Assembly (NCBI GenBank): GCA_039683455.1
Contig: JBDKRJ010000020.1
Coordinates: forward strand, 190,278 to 254,277
Direction: 5' to 3'
DNA: 64,000 bases
DNA from: Rikenellaceae bacterium
GTDB lineage: Bacteria > Bacteroidota > Bacteroidia > Bacteroidales > UBA932
Each line of letters begins with the position of its first letter. The stretch's first letter is position 1. Under the pieces are notes generated by a model, which ran no database searches, had not been told where the DNA came from, and worked only from the letters and a program-made list of their open reading frames with translations. The position numbers were made by a program, and so were the translations under genes. Positions 27,301 to 36,344 of the stretch are shown piece by piece.

Positions 27301-27807
27301 CATTTTATCATCTGAAGAGGTAACGACTCCTGTTATGGTTCGTAACTTCTTTTGATTTTTTACATTGGATGAACCGGCAACAATTTTTTCTGCTATCTGC
27401 TTATTCTCAATAGTACTTGGTTCATTATCCATCCCTTTTGGAAAAAGAATTACCTGATTTTCAATAATCTTATAGCATATATTCCTGTCCTCGAAAAGTT
27501 TATCTAATATTGATGTTAAAGGCAGATCTTTCCTTTCGAAGGAGACAATTATTTTATCATCAATCAGATTATTGTTGTAAAGAAAATTATATCCTTTCTC
27601 TTTCTCTATCTCCTCGAACACCTGCCTCAGAGTTGCAGATTTTGTTAAAATACCGGGTTTTTTCTCATTCTGCATCACATTTACAGCTTTCAAGGGAAAG
27701 CTTGAACCTGTAATTATGATCATTAGGAAAAATGCGTGCAAAATAATCGCTGATAAGTTACCAGTTAGTTTGTTTCGCCACAAGTAATGTTCTTTAGTTT
27801 GTTTCAT
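24358..27807 (-). CDS. SusC/RagA-family TonB-dependent transporter with N-terminal STN signalling extension
   Basis: 1149-aa ORF. It has an STN-like N-terminal domain (TLRQVFEEIEKEKGYNFLYNNNLIDD...), a carboxypeptidase-regulatory-like domain (ITGVVTSSDDKMPLVGVSVV) and a TonB-box/plug region (NEIVVSTGY...). The barrel ends in a C-terminal aromatic-containing strand. Confidence 0.9.
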   Translation of the reverse strand: MKQTKEHYLWRNKLTGNLSAIILHAFFLMIIITGSSFPLKAVNVMQNEKKPGILTKSATLRQVFEEIEKEKGYNFLYNNNLIDDKIIVSFERKDLPLTSILDKLFEDRNICYKIIENQVILFPKGMDNEPSTIENKQIAEKIVAGSSNVKNQKKLRTITGVVTSSDDKMPLVGVSVVPDDNFSKGVSTDVEGKYSINVDEDSKILVFSYISYQMTRIPIGNRGIINIELTPETIALNEIVVSTGYITEKKKNLSGSVANVSSKELHMANVDNIQRALEGKAAGVQIVSANGLPGASVNINIRGKSSINGGITPLYILDGVQVTTGDFSKLVQTSNVMSGLNPEDIESIDILKDAATASIYGAQAANGVIIIKTKRGTQGVPKINFSVNYGLDMVSDNIKLCNSEQYIDLDLMGIYNRYGNSSSNFTTPFNTYKSRGWILSEASEYPNIVFDSKKIPHDNWKKAIFRNGFTREYQLGVSAGNEHVKSYISGSFNNSDASTIFNYFKRVSLRSNVDINVNKWLDINNSTTFGTTQQRQPTTGGLIATPARGVLNMIPFNRVYNEDGSLNVSNLEGAQTTNPVQASELNIYKLTINKLTHSTDFVFHILPDLEFKASGKLDYNTLYEHQYLDPLTPQGMAYNGFIATANTQILSLQTSETLNYRKVSANGKHRINVLAGFEYKDYENRSNQTSAVGVPSSDFKLLSQAGAIDGYSESFTGYKLIGLFGRVGYTLSDKYIFNFVVRRDGSSRFGDNRKWGVFPSASTAWRLSEEAFFKEKKWINDLKFKLSYGLTGNSDIGNFVANPQFAGSGRYDNISGIAPSIPGNKDLTWETKYSLNLGVDLAIFDNRITVQADYFNDITKNLLFDRPVPINSGYTSIPQNVGSVRNRGLELSLNLVPIKNKDFSWSISPNFTWLKNEILSLIGGASQIGTGLVVGKSIDVFYTYNFAGVNPADGRPMWYDKDGYIVYKQNSVDRVYLNGIYPTFYGGVINSFSWKNFDFSFLFQFQSGARRYNADKIQLSRVGNTNDRNQLLKMYTDFWREPGQITSVAQPMTGNTYLGPGGNTTSYSASSSYHYEKTDFIKLKNISISYLFPKKITSKLGVKGLTMALNAFNLWTTTPYTGYDPEFTGSDSGTYPQSRTITYVIKLNL

Positions 27808-27827
27808 AGTTGTTTATGTTTGGTAAG

Positions 27828-28904
27828 TTATTTCCACATAAGTTTATTACGTTTTGAAAGATGTATTACATTGTTTTCAGAAGAGTAATTTATAGGAGAA
27901 GAAAAAGAGAGAAACATAAGAATCTGGTCAAGGCTTCTGTTATCCAGTGTTGCAGTAAAATTGTATTGATATAATTCCTGATCGTCCACACTGATTTTTA
28001 CGTTGAACCATCTCTCCAGAATAGTTATTACATCCTTAAGTGAATGGTTTCTAAAGATAAGCTTTCCGTCTTTCCATGAATCGTATGCTGTCGTTTCTAT
28101 TGCAGATTGCTCTATCTCTCCCCTTTTTTTATCGTAAAGAACCTTCTGGGAAGGTTTCATTACAAATTCCTTGTCTTTATCCTCCGATTTATATTTAAGG
28201 TAAATTTCTCCAGAAAGAAGGACTGTTTCGATTTTTTCCTGATCTGGATATGCAGAAACATTGAATGTTGTACCTGTCACTCTGATTTTCATGTCATTCA
28301 AACTTACAGAAAATGGTTTCTCTCTGTTTTTTTTAACGGAAAAAAAGGCCTCCCCAATTAATTCAACATCTCTTGAACCATTGCCAAAATCAGAATAGAG
28401 CTTTAATCTGCTATTAGCATTCAGCCAGACCTCTGAACTGTCGGGAAGGATTATTCGAGTTCTGGTTCCCGGGGGTGAAAAGTACTCAGTGTTACTTAAT
28501 ATACTGGATATTAGCTCTGCTTTTTTATTATTATCATGATTATATTCCACCAGCAACAAAACCAACAATGGAATAAATAGCACAGCAGCGATCCTGCTGA
28601 GCCAAACCATCGTTTTTTTGAATATTGGTCTGTTTAACACATTCCTATTCGCGGATTGTCTGTCAATATTATACTCCTCAATCTGCCTGCTAATCTTAAG
28701 ATAAAGATGGTCAAGGTCAACTCCTATCTCTTCGTGCATTAATCCTGATTCTCTCCATTTTGAGTTTAAGTATGACTCCAAAAATATTTTCAAATCCGGA
28801 TTTTGAATAGAATAGAGCAGAGTGTACAACTCAAGCAACGTAAAATTGCCATCAGGGTTATCAAGCCACCTTTCAACTAATTTAATATTGTTAATTTCTT
28901 TCAT
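27828..28904 (-). CDS. FecR-family anti-sigma factor
   Basis: The track start is a TTG. The ATG at 28904 gives MKEINNIKLVERWL.. There is a single TM segment (WLSRIAAVLFIPLLVLLLV), and the periplasmic FecR-like part includes VWLNANSRLKY-type sequence (EVWLNANSRLKLYSDF). It sits between the ECF sigma gene and susC. Confidence 0.85.
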   Translation of the reverse strand: MKEINNIKLVERWLDNPDGNFTLLELYTLLYSIQNPDLKIFLESYLNSKWRESGLMHEEIGVDLDHLYLKISRQIEEYNIDRQSANRNVLNRPIFKKTMVWLSRIAAVLFIPLLVLLLVEYNHDNNKKAELISSILSNTEYFSPPGTRTRIILPDSSEVWLNANSRLKLYSDFGNGSRDVELIGEAFFSVKKNREKPFSVSLNDMKIRVTGTTFNVSAYPDQEKIETVLLSGEIYLKYKSEDKDKEFVMKPSQKVLYDKKRGEIEQSAIETTAYDSWKDGKLIFRNHSLKDVITILERWFNVKISVDDQELYQYNFTATLDNRSLDQILMFLSFSSPINYSSENNVIHLSKRNKLMWK

Positions 28905-28965
28905 TTGTATTATATCCTTTAAACATATAATATAATACAAATGAAAGAGGGGCTTCCGTGAATGG

Positions 28966-29520
28966 TCAGAAGAAAAAAGCGAAAAAATTAAGTTTAGACC
29001 TTAGATAATTTAAAGCTAAACGCATTTGCGTATCTACTGTGTTTTCAGAAATTCCCATTTTCCTGGCAATTTCATGATAAGTCATATGGTGAACTCTGCT
29101 TAAGAGAAAAATTTCCTTTCTCTTTTTTGGAAGCTCCCTGATAAGTTGGTTGAGGTGTTCACTAAGATCATTGGATATTATCTGTTTAATAATCGTATTC
29201 TCTCCTTCCGTAAGTGCAAACTGTGAATCTGCTTCAAAAGCCTGAATGTATAATTTTTTTTTATAGTAATTTATTATACAATTCTTTGCCACTGTATATA
29301 GATAACCGCTAATAGATTTTTCAGGGTCTATATTTGAGTGATTTTCCCAGATTTTGACAAATATCACTTGAACCAGCTCTTCACAATCTGCATAAGATTT
29401 TATCGATATGTGGACAAAATGAAATATCCGCCTTACAAATTGATTGTACAATTCGTAAAAAGCATCTTTATCTCCACTTTTTAAAGCCTTTGCCAGATTG
29501 ATTTCTTCTTGAGTTATCAC
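28966..29520 (-). CDS. ECF-type RNA polymerase sigma-70 factor
   Basis: 184-aa ORF with an apparent GTG start. It has sigma region 2 (FYELYNQFVRRIFHFV ... VQVIFVKIWE) and a region 4 HTH (MTYHEIARKMGISENTVDTQMRLAL). Confidence 0.85.
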   Translation of the reverse strand: MITQEEINLAKALKSGDKDAFYELYNQFVRRIFHFVHISIKSYADCEELVQVIFVKIWENHSNIDPEKSISGYLYTVAKNCIINYYKKKLYIQAFEADSQFALTEGENTIIKQIISNDLSEHLNQLIRELPKKRKEIFLLSRVHHMTYHEIARKMGISENTVDTQMRLALNYLRSKLNFFAFFF

Positions 29521-29957
29521 CTTTTTTGATAATATTGCTTATGTTTTGCTCAAAGGCATAGTAAATCTGCAAATATAATTACCGGATTCAGAAAAATCTA
29601 TGGTTATGTTCTTTTTTTGTGATTTTGGCCATAATAAAATGTCTTCCAGTAAATTATAGGTTTGTTTATAAAACTTGACTCTACAATAGCAGACGCCAGA
29701 TGCTTTGTTGCCACACTGATCTTGCCATGCTCCTACATTTCGCCTATATTGTAAAGTGCTCTTTTGATAATATGTTGACAATAAAATCAGAACTTTCAAA
29801 GCTAACTATAATTTCTTTAACATGGTTTTTGTTTAAGTGTAATTATTTTACGTTTGCAAAAGGCACCTGGTCAAAGCATTACTGCATTCAGAATTTATAT
29901 GCAACTAATTTTGATCCTTTATAACTAATAAATGCATACATTGCAAACAAAAATTTG

Positions 29958-31031
29958 ATGAGAAAATTTTCTATTGGGAACCTGGTTCTTTCTGTTCCAA
30001 TTGTTCAAGGTGGTATGGGTGTGGGGATCTCTTTGTCCGGGTTGGCATCAGCTGTTGCAAATGAGGGCGGTGTAGGTGTAATTTCATGTGCAGGAATAGG
30101 GCTGCTGTATAAGCAATCTTCCAAAAATTATAATGAAGCGTCAATAATAGGGTTAAAGGAGGAGTTAAGAAAAGCAAAAGAGTTGGCAAAAGGTGTAATA
30201 GGAGTAAATATTATGGTTGCACTCAGCAATTTTGCCGACATGGTTAGAACATCAATTTCTAACAAAGCCGATATCATTTTTGCCGGAGCAGGATTGCCTT
30301 TGGATTTACCGTCTTACCTGCAAAAAGATAGTATTACAAAACTGGTACCTATTATTTCATCTACAAGGGCTGCTCTTATCATTTGCGAAAAATGGATCAA
30401 GAATTACAACTATGTTCCAGATGCGATTGTTCTGGAGGGTCCTAAAGCCGGAGGGCATCTTGGTTACAAAGAAGCACAGATATCTGACAATAACTATTCA
30501 TTAGAGGAGCTTTTGCCGGATTTGGTTAAAAACATCAAAATTATTGAGGAACAGAATAACTGTAAGATTCCAATAATTGCAGGCGGTGGAATTTACAACG
30601 GAGAGGAGATGAAAAAAATTCTTGACATGGGAGCTTCTGCTGTTCAGCTTGGGACAAAATTCGTGACAACTTTGGAGTGCGATGCCTCTCTGGCTTTTAA
30701 AGAGACTTATATAAATGCCAAAGAATCTGATATTGAAATTATTAAAAGTCCGGTTGGTATGCCTGGGAGAGCAATTTTAAGTAAATTTATTGAGAGAGTG
30801 AAAGAGGGAACCGAAAGACCAAAAAAATGTCCTTTCCACTGCATTCGTACTTGCGATTACACAAAAAGCCCTTATTGTATAATTATAGCACTGTATAATG
30901 CCTTTAAGGGGAATTTCAACAAGGGCTATGCTTTTTGCGGCAGCAATGCCTACAAAGCAGAAAAAATTATTAGTGTAAAAGAGACAATCAAAACTTTAAT
31001 GGCCGAGATGAAGTCGTCTAACTCAGTTTAG
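29958..31031 (+). CDS. Nitronate monooxygenase-family NAD(P)H-dependent flavin oxidoreductase (FabK-like)
   Basis: The ATG at 29958 follows the track's TTG start. It has a TIM-barrel FMN-binding pattern (PIVQGGMGVG ... EGPKAGGH ... IIAGGGI) and a Cys-rich C-terminal extension (CPFHCIRTC). Confidence 0.75.
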   Translation: MRKFSIGNLVLSVPIVQGGMGVGISLSGLASAVANEGGVGVISCAGIGLLYKQSSKNYNEASIIGLKEELRKAKELAKGVIGVNIMVALSNFADMVRTSISNKADIIFAGAGLPLDLPSYLQKDSITKLVPIISSTRAALIICEKWIKNYNYVPDAIVLEGPKAGGHLGYKEAQISDNNYSLEELLPDLVKNIKIIEEQNNCKIPIIAGGGIYNGEEMKKILDMGASAVQLGTKFVTTLECDASLAFKETYINAKESDIEIIKSPVGMPGRAILSKFIERVKEGTERPKKCPFHCIRTCDYTKSPYCIIIALYNAFKGNFNKGYAFCGSNAYKAEKIISVKETIKTLMAEMKSSNSV

Positions 31032-31050
31032 TAGCCAGGATTTTTCGATT

Positions 31051-31755
31051 TTATTCAACCTCGTTTTCTACCTTCTTAAGGATATCATTCAACATGTCAA
31101 TCTGCTCTTTATGAGTTTCATAAAGCTCCTGCTGTTGGTTAATGATTAAATGGTCCAGTTTTTCATGCAGAATTCTGATCTCTAACTCAGATTTAAGATT
31201 TAGCATATAGTCCATTTTCCCTCTTTCCCTGTCTTTTTCTTCCTGCCGGTTTTGGCTCATCATAATTACAGGTGCCTGTAATGCTGCAAGGCTGGATAAT
31301 ATTAAATTCAGAAGAATGAACGGATATGGGTCAAATCCTTTGTTTGCAAGCCAGAATACATTTAGAGATATCCACACAAAAAGAAATACTCCAAAAGAAA
31401 TTATAAAAGTCCAGCTCCCTCCAAATGAGGCAACTTTGTCTGCAACTCTTTGCCCAACAGTTATAGTTTGCTTTTCTTCAACGTTAATTTTATTTGTAAG
31501 TGTAGTTTTGCCTGTAAGAGAGGTTAAAACTGTTTTTTCCAACTCTGTTAAATCGCCAACTTCTTTAATCATGTAATCAGAGATATACTTTTCTCTGTAA
31601 ATATTGAGTTCGCTTATTGACAGATATTTGTCCGGAGAGAACTCCGGATTGTCTTTTTGAATTAAATTCAATATAGACCATCTGATCGTTTTTCCCAAAA
31701 CTTTTTCCGTAATCGGGAATTCATTGTTTGAAAAGTCGCTGCGAAAAGTTTCCAT
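31051..31755 (-). CDS. DUF1003-family membrane protein
   Basis: 234-aa ORF with two TM segments and the conserved FDPYPFILLNLILS..AALQAPVIMMSQNRQEEKDR block, followed by a coiled C-terminus. Confidence 0.75.
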   Translation of the reverse strand: METFRSDFSNNEFPITEKVLGKTIRWSILNLIQKDNPEFSPDKYLSISELNIYREKYISDYMIKEVGDLTELEKTVLTSLTGKTTLTNKINVEEKQTITVGQRVADKVASFGGSWTFIISFGVFLFVWISLNVFWLANKGFDPYPFILLNLILSSLAALQAPVIMMSQNRQEEKDRERGKMDYMLNLKSELEIRILHEKLDHLIINQQQELYETHKEQIDMLNDILKKVENEVE

Positions 31756-31953
31756 ATTAATATTTTTTGTCTGTAATTTGTTGTCTGAGTTGAAGAAGAA
31801 TATGACGAATAGTTATCCTACCCCAAGGCTCTTCCGAATTTTTCAAATCCTTTGGGCACTGTTCGCATATGCATGCCTTCATATAAACAAGCTGTCCTTT
31901 ATATACTATAGCAAGCACTCCTCCGGGAATTATACTCTTCCTTATTACCTCAT

Positions 31954-33408
31954 TTATAAATTGACAACAGGTCTTCTGCTGAAAATATACATTCCTATAA
32001 ATGTAAACAACCCATTGAATATCAATAATGTGAACCCAAATCCGAAGTTAAAATAGGTCGTTGTTATTGTGTTCATTATCCAACAGAGCACAGGAGAGAT
32101 AGCAGCAACATAAGGGATAACTCTGTCCACAACAACTCTTTTGGTTAAGATGCCAAAGAAGAAGAGCCCAAGTAATGGCCCATATGTATAAGCTACCATT
32201 TTATATACCAGATCTATGACAGCCTCACTCTTTGAGAAAAAGAAAAACAAAATCAGAAAGACAAACAGCACAGAATACGAAAGGTGTACGATACGACGAA
32301 TTTTTGTCTGTTTGTTATCGTTAAGATCTGTTCTTTTATTAAAATTCAGAAAATCTATACAAAATGAAGTTGTCAAAGCAGTCAAAGCACCTGCTGCACT
32401 CGGGAAAGAGGAGGATATCAGCCCAATTACAAAAAATAGTGCTACTGCAGTTCCAAGATACTCATTTGCAATTACTCCGAATATGTTGTCGCTGTCTGGA
32501 ATTACTATACCTTTAGCCTGCATGTATATAACAAGCACTGCTCCCAACCATACAAAAAGGAAGTTTGCAACCACCAGGATAAAACTGGTCGTAAGCATGT
32601 TTTTTTGAGCCTTTTTCAAATTGCTGCAACTGATATTTTTTTGCATCATGCTTTGATCCAGACCTACAGCTGCAATCGTTATAAACATTCCGCTGAAAAA
32701 CTGTTTAAAAAAGTGGGTTCCTTTACTCCAGTCTGTATCTATCCATTTTGAGTAGTCACTATTGGTTACAGCAACCGTCATGTCTGAGAAAGACCATCCC
32801 ATCTGATTACATATTGCTATTACTGCAAGAACTACAGCAAGTAATGTGAAAGTCGTCTGAAGACAATCTGTCCATATAATTGTCTTTACTCCACCTCTGT
32901 ATGTGTAAAGGAATATAAGCAGCATAAAGACAGATGCTACAACTACAAATGGAATGTTAGCGTTTTTTGGAATAAGATTATACAAAACCAAAACAACCAG
33001 AAATACCCGAACCGTTGCTCCCAGAATTCTAGAGATCATAAAGAACACAGTTCCTGTTTTATAGGATCTATGCCCCAGTCGATTTTCCAGATAACCGTAA
33101 ATGGAGACAAGATTCATTTTGTAATAGAGAGGAAGCAATATTGTAGTAATAACCAAATAACCGGCAAGAAAGCCGAAGACCAGAGGCATATAGTAGAAAT
33201 TTGTGTTCAGAACATTTCCGGGAACAGACACAAATGTTACTCCCGATACGGATGTCCCCAGCATTCCATATGCCACAATTGGCCATGGTGATTTTTTATT
33301 ACCTTGGAAAAAAGATTTATTATCAGCTTTTCGCGAACTAAACCATGATATTCCGAATAACAGCAACAAGTAAGAAATTAATGAAATAAGCAGTACTGTT
33401 GAATGCAT
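31954..33408 (-). CDS. Sodium:solute symporter (SSS) family transporter
   Basis: 484-aa ORF with about 13 hydrophobic segments and an SSS-like N-terminal pattern (FFQGNKKSPWPIVAYGMLGTSVSGVTFVSVPG). It begins 5 nt downstream of the GNAT gene. Confidence 0.75.
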   Translation of the reverse strand: MHSTVLLISLISYLLLLFGISWFSSRKADNKSFFQGNKKSPWPIVAYGMLGTSVSGVTFVSVPGNVLNTNFYYMPLVFGFLAGYLVITTILLPLYYKMNLVSIYGYLENRLGHRSYKTGTVFFMISRILGATVRVFLVVLVLYNLIPKNANIPFVVVASVFMLLIFLYTYRGGVKTIIWTDCLQTTFTLLAVVLAVIAICNQMGWSFSDMTVAVTNSDYSKWIDTDWSKGTHFFKQFFSGMFITIAAVGLDQSMMQKNISCSNLKKAQKNMLTTSFILVVANFLFVWLGAVLVIYMQAKGIVIPDSDNIFGVIANEYLGTAVALFFVIGLISSSFPSAAGALTALTTSFCIDFLNFNKRTDLNDNKQTKIRRIVHLSYSVLFVFLILFFFFSKSEAVIDLVYKMVAYTYGPLLGLFFFGILTKRVVVDRVIPYVAAISPVLCWIMNTITTTYFNFGFGFTLLIFNGLFTFIGMYIFSRRPVVNL

Positions 33409-33413
33409 CTTTT

Positions 33414-33887
33414 CTATTGTTTAGGCTTGAACGATGTGAATGAACCGATTGATTTTCTGAGCAATAGCTCTGAATAGCCCTCAATTACAAAGTCTTTGAT
33501 CTCTCCAATAAGTTCGAATCCAAGACTAAAGTATAATTTTTGAGCACCTTTATTGAAAGAGGATACGCATAAGAAAAAGTTAGGAGAAACGGAGAAAATC
33601 CTTTTTTCGCAGAATTCAATTGCTTTATGTCCATAACCTTTTCCCCTCGCTTCAGGAGCAATGCATACTGACTGCAGATAACCACAGAATGTCCCTGTCA
33701 TCTGTAAAACAATTACACCTACGACCTTCTTTCTTTCTTTGATTGTATAGACCTCTTTCCCGTCTCCCCTAAGTGAATTAAGGCATGCCTGGTGACCTCT
33801 CTTAAGAGTAATCCAAGGTTCGGTGTTGCACATTATTGCTGCCATTTCGCTGTAATGGCTCTCATCATTTTGTAATATTATATCCAT
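33414..33887 (-). CDS. GNAT-family N-acetyltransferase
   Basis: The ATG at 33887 (MDIILQ..) is the likely start because the track start is a TTG. The acetyl-CoA-binding motif A is present (CIAPEARGKGYGHKAIEF). Confidence 0.8.
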   Translation of the reverse strand: MDIILQNDESHYSEMAAIMCNTEPWITLKRGHQACLNSLRGDGKEVYTIKERKKVVGVIVLQMTGTFCGYLQSVCIAPEARGKGYGHKAIEFCEKRIFSVSPNFFLCVSSFNKGAQKLYFSLGFELIGEIKDFVIEGYSELLLRKSIGSFTSFKPKQ

Positions 33888-34308
33888 CTGAAATGATTGT
33901 TTATAATTATTTAATACCAATCAAAATAAAAACACTACCCTTAATTCCGGCAAAGGTTGCGACAACTGTAAAAATAATGATTGCCTGTAACCGGAAATAT
34001 TTCCTGCCGCAGGTTCTACAAATTGGGGCAAAAAAGATATTATATTTGAGGGTTCTGTTGCAAATTGTATCATTGCCTTAAATTTTCATCAACCCAGCGA
34101 CAATTTTTTCTCCCAGACATACAAATTTGAGATTTCCGTTATAGATTTCTCTTCCGTTTTTTTCCATTTCATCATTTGAGAGCAGGTAAAAGTTAGAAGA
34201 GGGGATGGACAATTTTACTGCATTCCTATTCATTAAATAAAGGTAATAAAAATAATATGAAAAGTTGAGATTTCATCAAAGTTGGTATTTGTTTGTTGTA
34301 AATTTAAT

Positions 34309-34947
34309 ATGCAAGAAAACGAATTATTCAATATGCGAAAGGATTATGCCAGCCGGCCTCTCACCCGCGGGGAGATGCCGCAAGATCCATTCATCCTGTA
34401 TGAAAAATGGTTTAAAGAGGCTGTCGAGAAGGAGAGCGTAGAACCAAATGCAATGACATTGGCAACTGTGGGTAGTGATCTGATGCCATCTGTAAGGGTT
34501 GTCCTTCTGAAAAAATTCTCCAAAGATGGGTTTGTCTTTTTTACCAACTACCTTAGCAAAAAGGGGAAGCAACTGGAGGAAAATCCCAAAGCAGCTCTTC
34601 TCTTTTTCTGGCCTGGTTCAATTAGGCAGATAAGGATCGAGGGTAATGTAAAAAAGATAACGGAAAAAGAGTCTGATGAATATTTTTATTCACGTCCATT
34701 AGAGAGCAGGGCAACTGCAGCACTATCCATTCAAAGTGCTATTATGGAAGACCGGGAATCATTCGAAAATAATCTACGTACACTTATTGAGACCGCTGAT
34801 GAAATAATAAGACCTCAGCACTGGGGTGGATACATTGTAGAGCCATGCTCGTTTGAATTCTGGCAGGGTGGCACCAATCGTTTTCATGATCGTTTTCTGT
34901 ACTCAGGCAAAAGCGACGGATGGGAAATTATGAGACTCTACCCTTAA
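34309..34947 (+). CDS. pdxH: Pyridoxamine 5'-phosphate oxidase
   Basis: The ATG at 34309 is the likely start because the track start is a TTG. PdxH hallmarks are present: PNAMTLATV, VRVVLLK, FFTNY.S.KG.QL, IRIEG, HWGGY, EFWQG...R.HDR. Confidence 0.9.
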   Translation: MQENELFNMRKDYASRPLTRGEMPQDPFILYEKWFKEAVEKESVEPNAMTLATVGSDLMPSVRVVLLKKFSKDGFVFFTNYLSKKGKQLEENPKAALLFFWPGSIRQIRIEGNVKKITEKESDEYFYSRPLESRATAALSIQSAIMEDRESFENNLRTLIETADEIIRPQHWGGYIVEPCSFEFWQGGTNRFHDRFLYSGKSDGWEIMRLYP

Positions 34948-35085
34948 TTTTTGATTACGCATTTTGATACCATTACAAAATAATAATTGTAATAGTGGCT
35001 AAATATATGTCGAGGCGTTTCATGGCATATCATATATACCAAAGATAACAATAAAAAAGGCTAGTTGTAACAATTTAAGTTGTAA

Positions 35086-36336
35086 CTAAATTAAAAAACC
35101 GAACAGATCCTGTTTATCGTTAATATACTCATAAACAATCTCGTTTTTGTCCATTCTTTGGATAAGGGCATCAAAATCGTGGGAATCCGAAAGTTCTATT
35201 CCTATCACGGCAGGTCCCTGATCTCTGTTTGTCTTCTTTGAATAAGAGAAGTGAGTAATATCATCGTTAGGTCCGAGGATATTCTGTACAAAAGAGAGTA
35301 ACGCTCCTGAACGCTGGGGAAAACGGATAACAAAATAATGTTTGAACCCTTCGTACAGAAGAGACCGCTCTCTGATCTCTTCTGTGCGTGTGATATCATT
35401 ATTGCTGCCACTTACAATGCATACCACGGTTTTCCCCTTTATTTTATCTGCATAAAAAGAGAGCGCAGAAATAGATAGTGCTCCCGCAGGTTCAACTACA
35501 ATGGCATTTTGGTTGTAAAGTTCGAGGATTGTGGTACATACTGCCCCTTCTGGAACAGCAATAATGTCGTCAAGCACTCTCCTGCAAATATCAAATGTAT
35601 ATTTTCCTACTTTTTTTACAGCAGCTCCGTCAATGAATTTATCTACATGAACCAGTTCTGTTACCTCTCCTTTTTCAAATGAGGCTTTCATACTCTGAGC
35701 CCCATAAGGTTCAACGCCAATTATTTTTGTCTCGGGACTAATCTGTTTAAAGTATGATCCCAAGCCGGCAGCCAATCCGCCACCGCCAATCGGTATAAAT
35801 ATGTAATCAATTTTCTGGGGGCTGTCCTGCATTATTTCTATGCCGATAGTCGCCTGTCCTTCAATAATTTTTGGGTCGTCAAAGGGGTGTATGAATGTTT
35901 TATTGGAATTTTCACAGAACTTCTCCGCCTCCTTGTTTGCAGAATCAAAAGTGTCGCCCACAAGAACAATTTCAATATACTCTCTCCCGAACATCTTTAC
36001 CTGCTCTATCTTTTGCTTTGGAGTAGTGGTCGGCATATAAACAGTGCCCTTTATGCCTAGTTTCTGACATGAGAAAGCGACTCCCTGGGCATGGTTTCCG
36101 GCACTTGCGCAAACAATTCCGTTTTTCAGTTGCTCTTCTGTCAGACTCCTGATTTTATTGAATGCTCCTCTTATTTTGTAAGAACGGACAGTCTGAAGAT
36201 CCTCTCTTTTCAATAAAACATTTGCTCCGAATCTTTCCGATAGATTCGGATTACACATAAGAGGAGTCTGAACAACTACACTATTAAGTGTGAGCCTCGC
36301 CAGGGAGATATCTTTTAATGCGGGAAAATATGACAT
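35086..36336 (-). CDS. ilvA: Threonine ammonia-lyase (biosynthetic threonine dehydratase)
   Basis: The likely start is the ATG at 36336 (MSYFPAL..), 8 nt after the ilvC stop. It has the PLP-lysine motif SYKIRGAFN, a Gly-rich loop (PIGGGGLAAG) and a C-terminal ACT-like regulatory domain. It is the last gene of the ilv operon. Confidence 0.85.
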   Translation of the reverse strand: MSYFPALKDISLARLTLNSVVVQTPLMCNPNLSERFGANVLLKREDLQTVRSYKIRGAFNKIRSLTEEQLKNGIVCASAGNHAQGVAFSCQKLGIKGTVYMPTTTPKQKIEQVKMFGREYIEIVLVGDTFDSANKEAEKFCENSNKTFIHPFDDPKIIEGQATIGIEIMQDSPQKIDYIFIPIGGGGLAAGLGSYFKQISPETKIIGVEPYGAQSMKASFEKGEVTELVHVDKFIDGAAVKKVGKYTFDICRRVLDDIIAVPEGAVCTTILELYNQNAIVVEPAGALSISALSFYADKIKGKTVVCIVSGSNNDITRTEEIRERSLLYEGFKHYFVIRFPQRSGALLSFVQNILGPNDDITHFSYSKKTNRDQGPAVIGIELSDSHDFDALIQRMDKNEIVYEYINDKQDLFGFLI

Positions 36337-36344
36337 ATTATATT

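Noticed and set aside
29539-29924. Two small ORFs (86 aa minus strand, 74 aa plus strand) in the 430-nt gap between the ECF sigma gene and the FabK-like gene
   Set aside because: They overlap each other on opposite strands, are AT-rich and low-complexity, and have no motifs. The region more likely holds the divergent promoters. A TAATTTTG box at ~29907..29914 precedes the plus-strand gene, but I could not support it further.
34948-35085. Direct repeat AGTTGTAAC (x2) and the small hairpin ATTACAA...TTGTAAT between pdxH and ilvA
   Set aside because: These are short, AT-rich and imperfectly placed, with no adjacent T-run. They are compatible with chance in AT-rich intergenic DNA, so I could not call a terminator.
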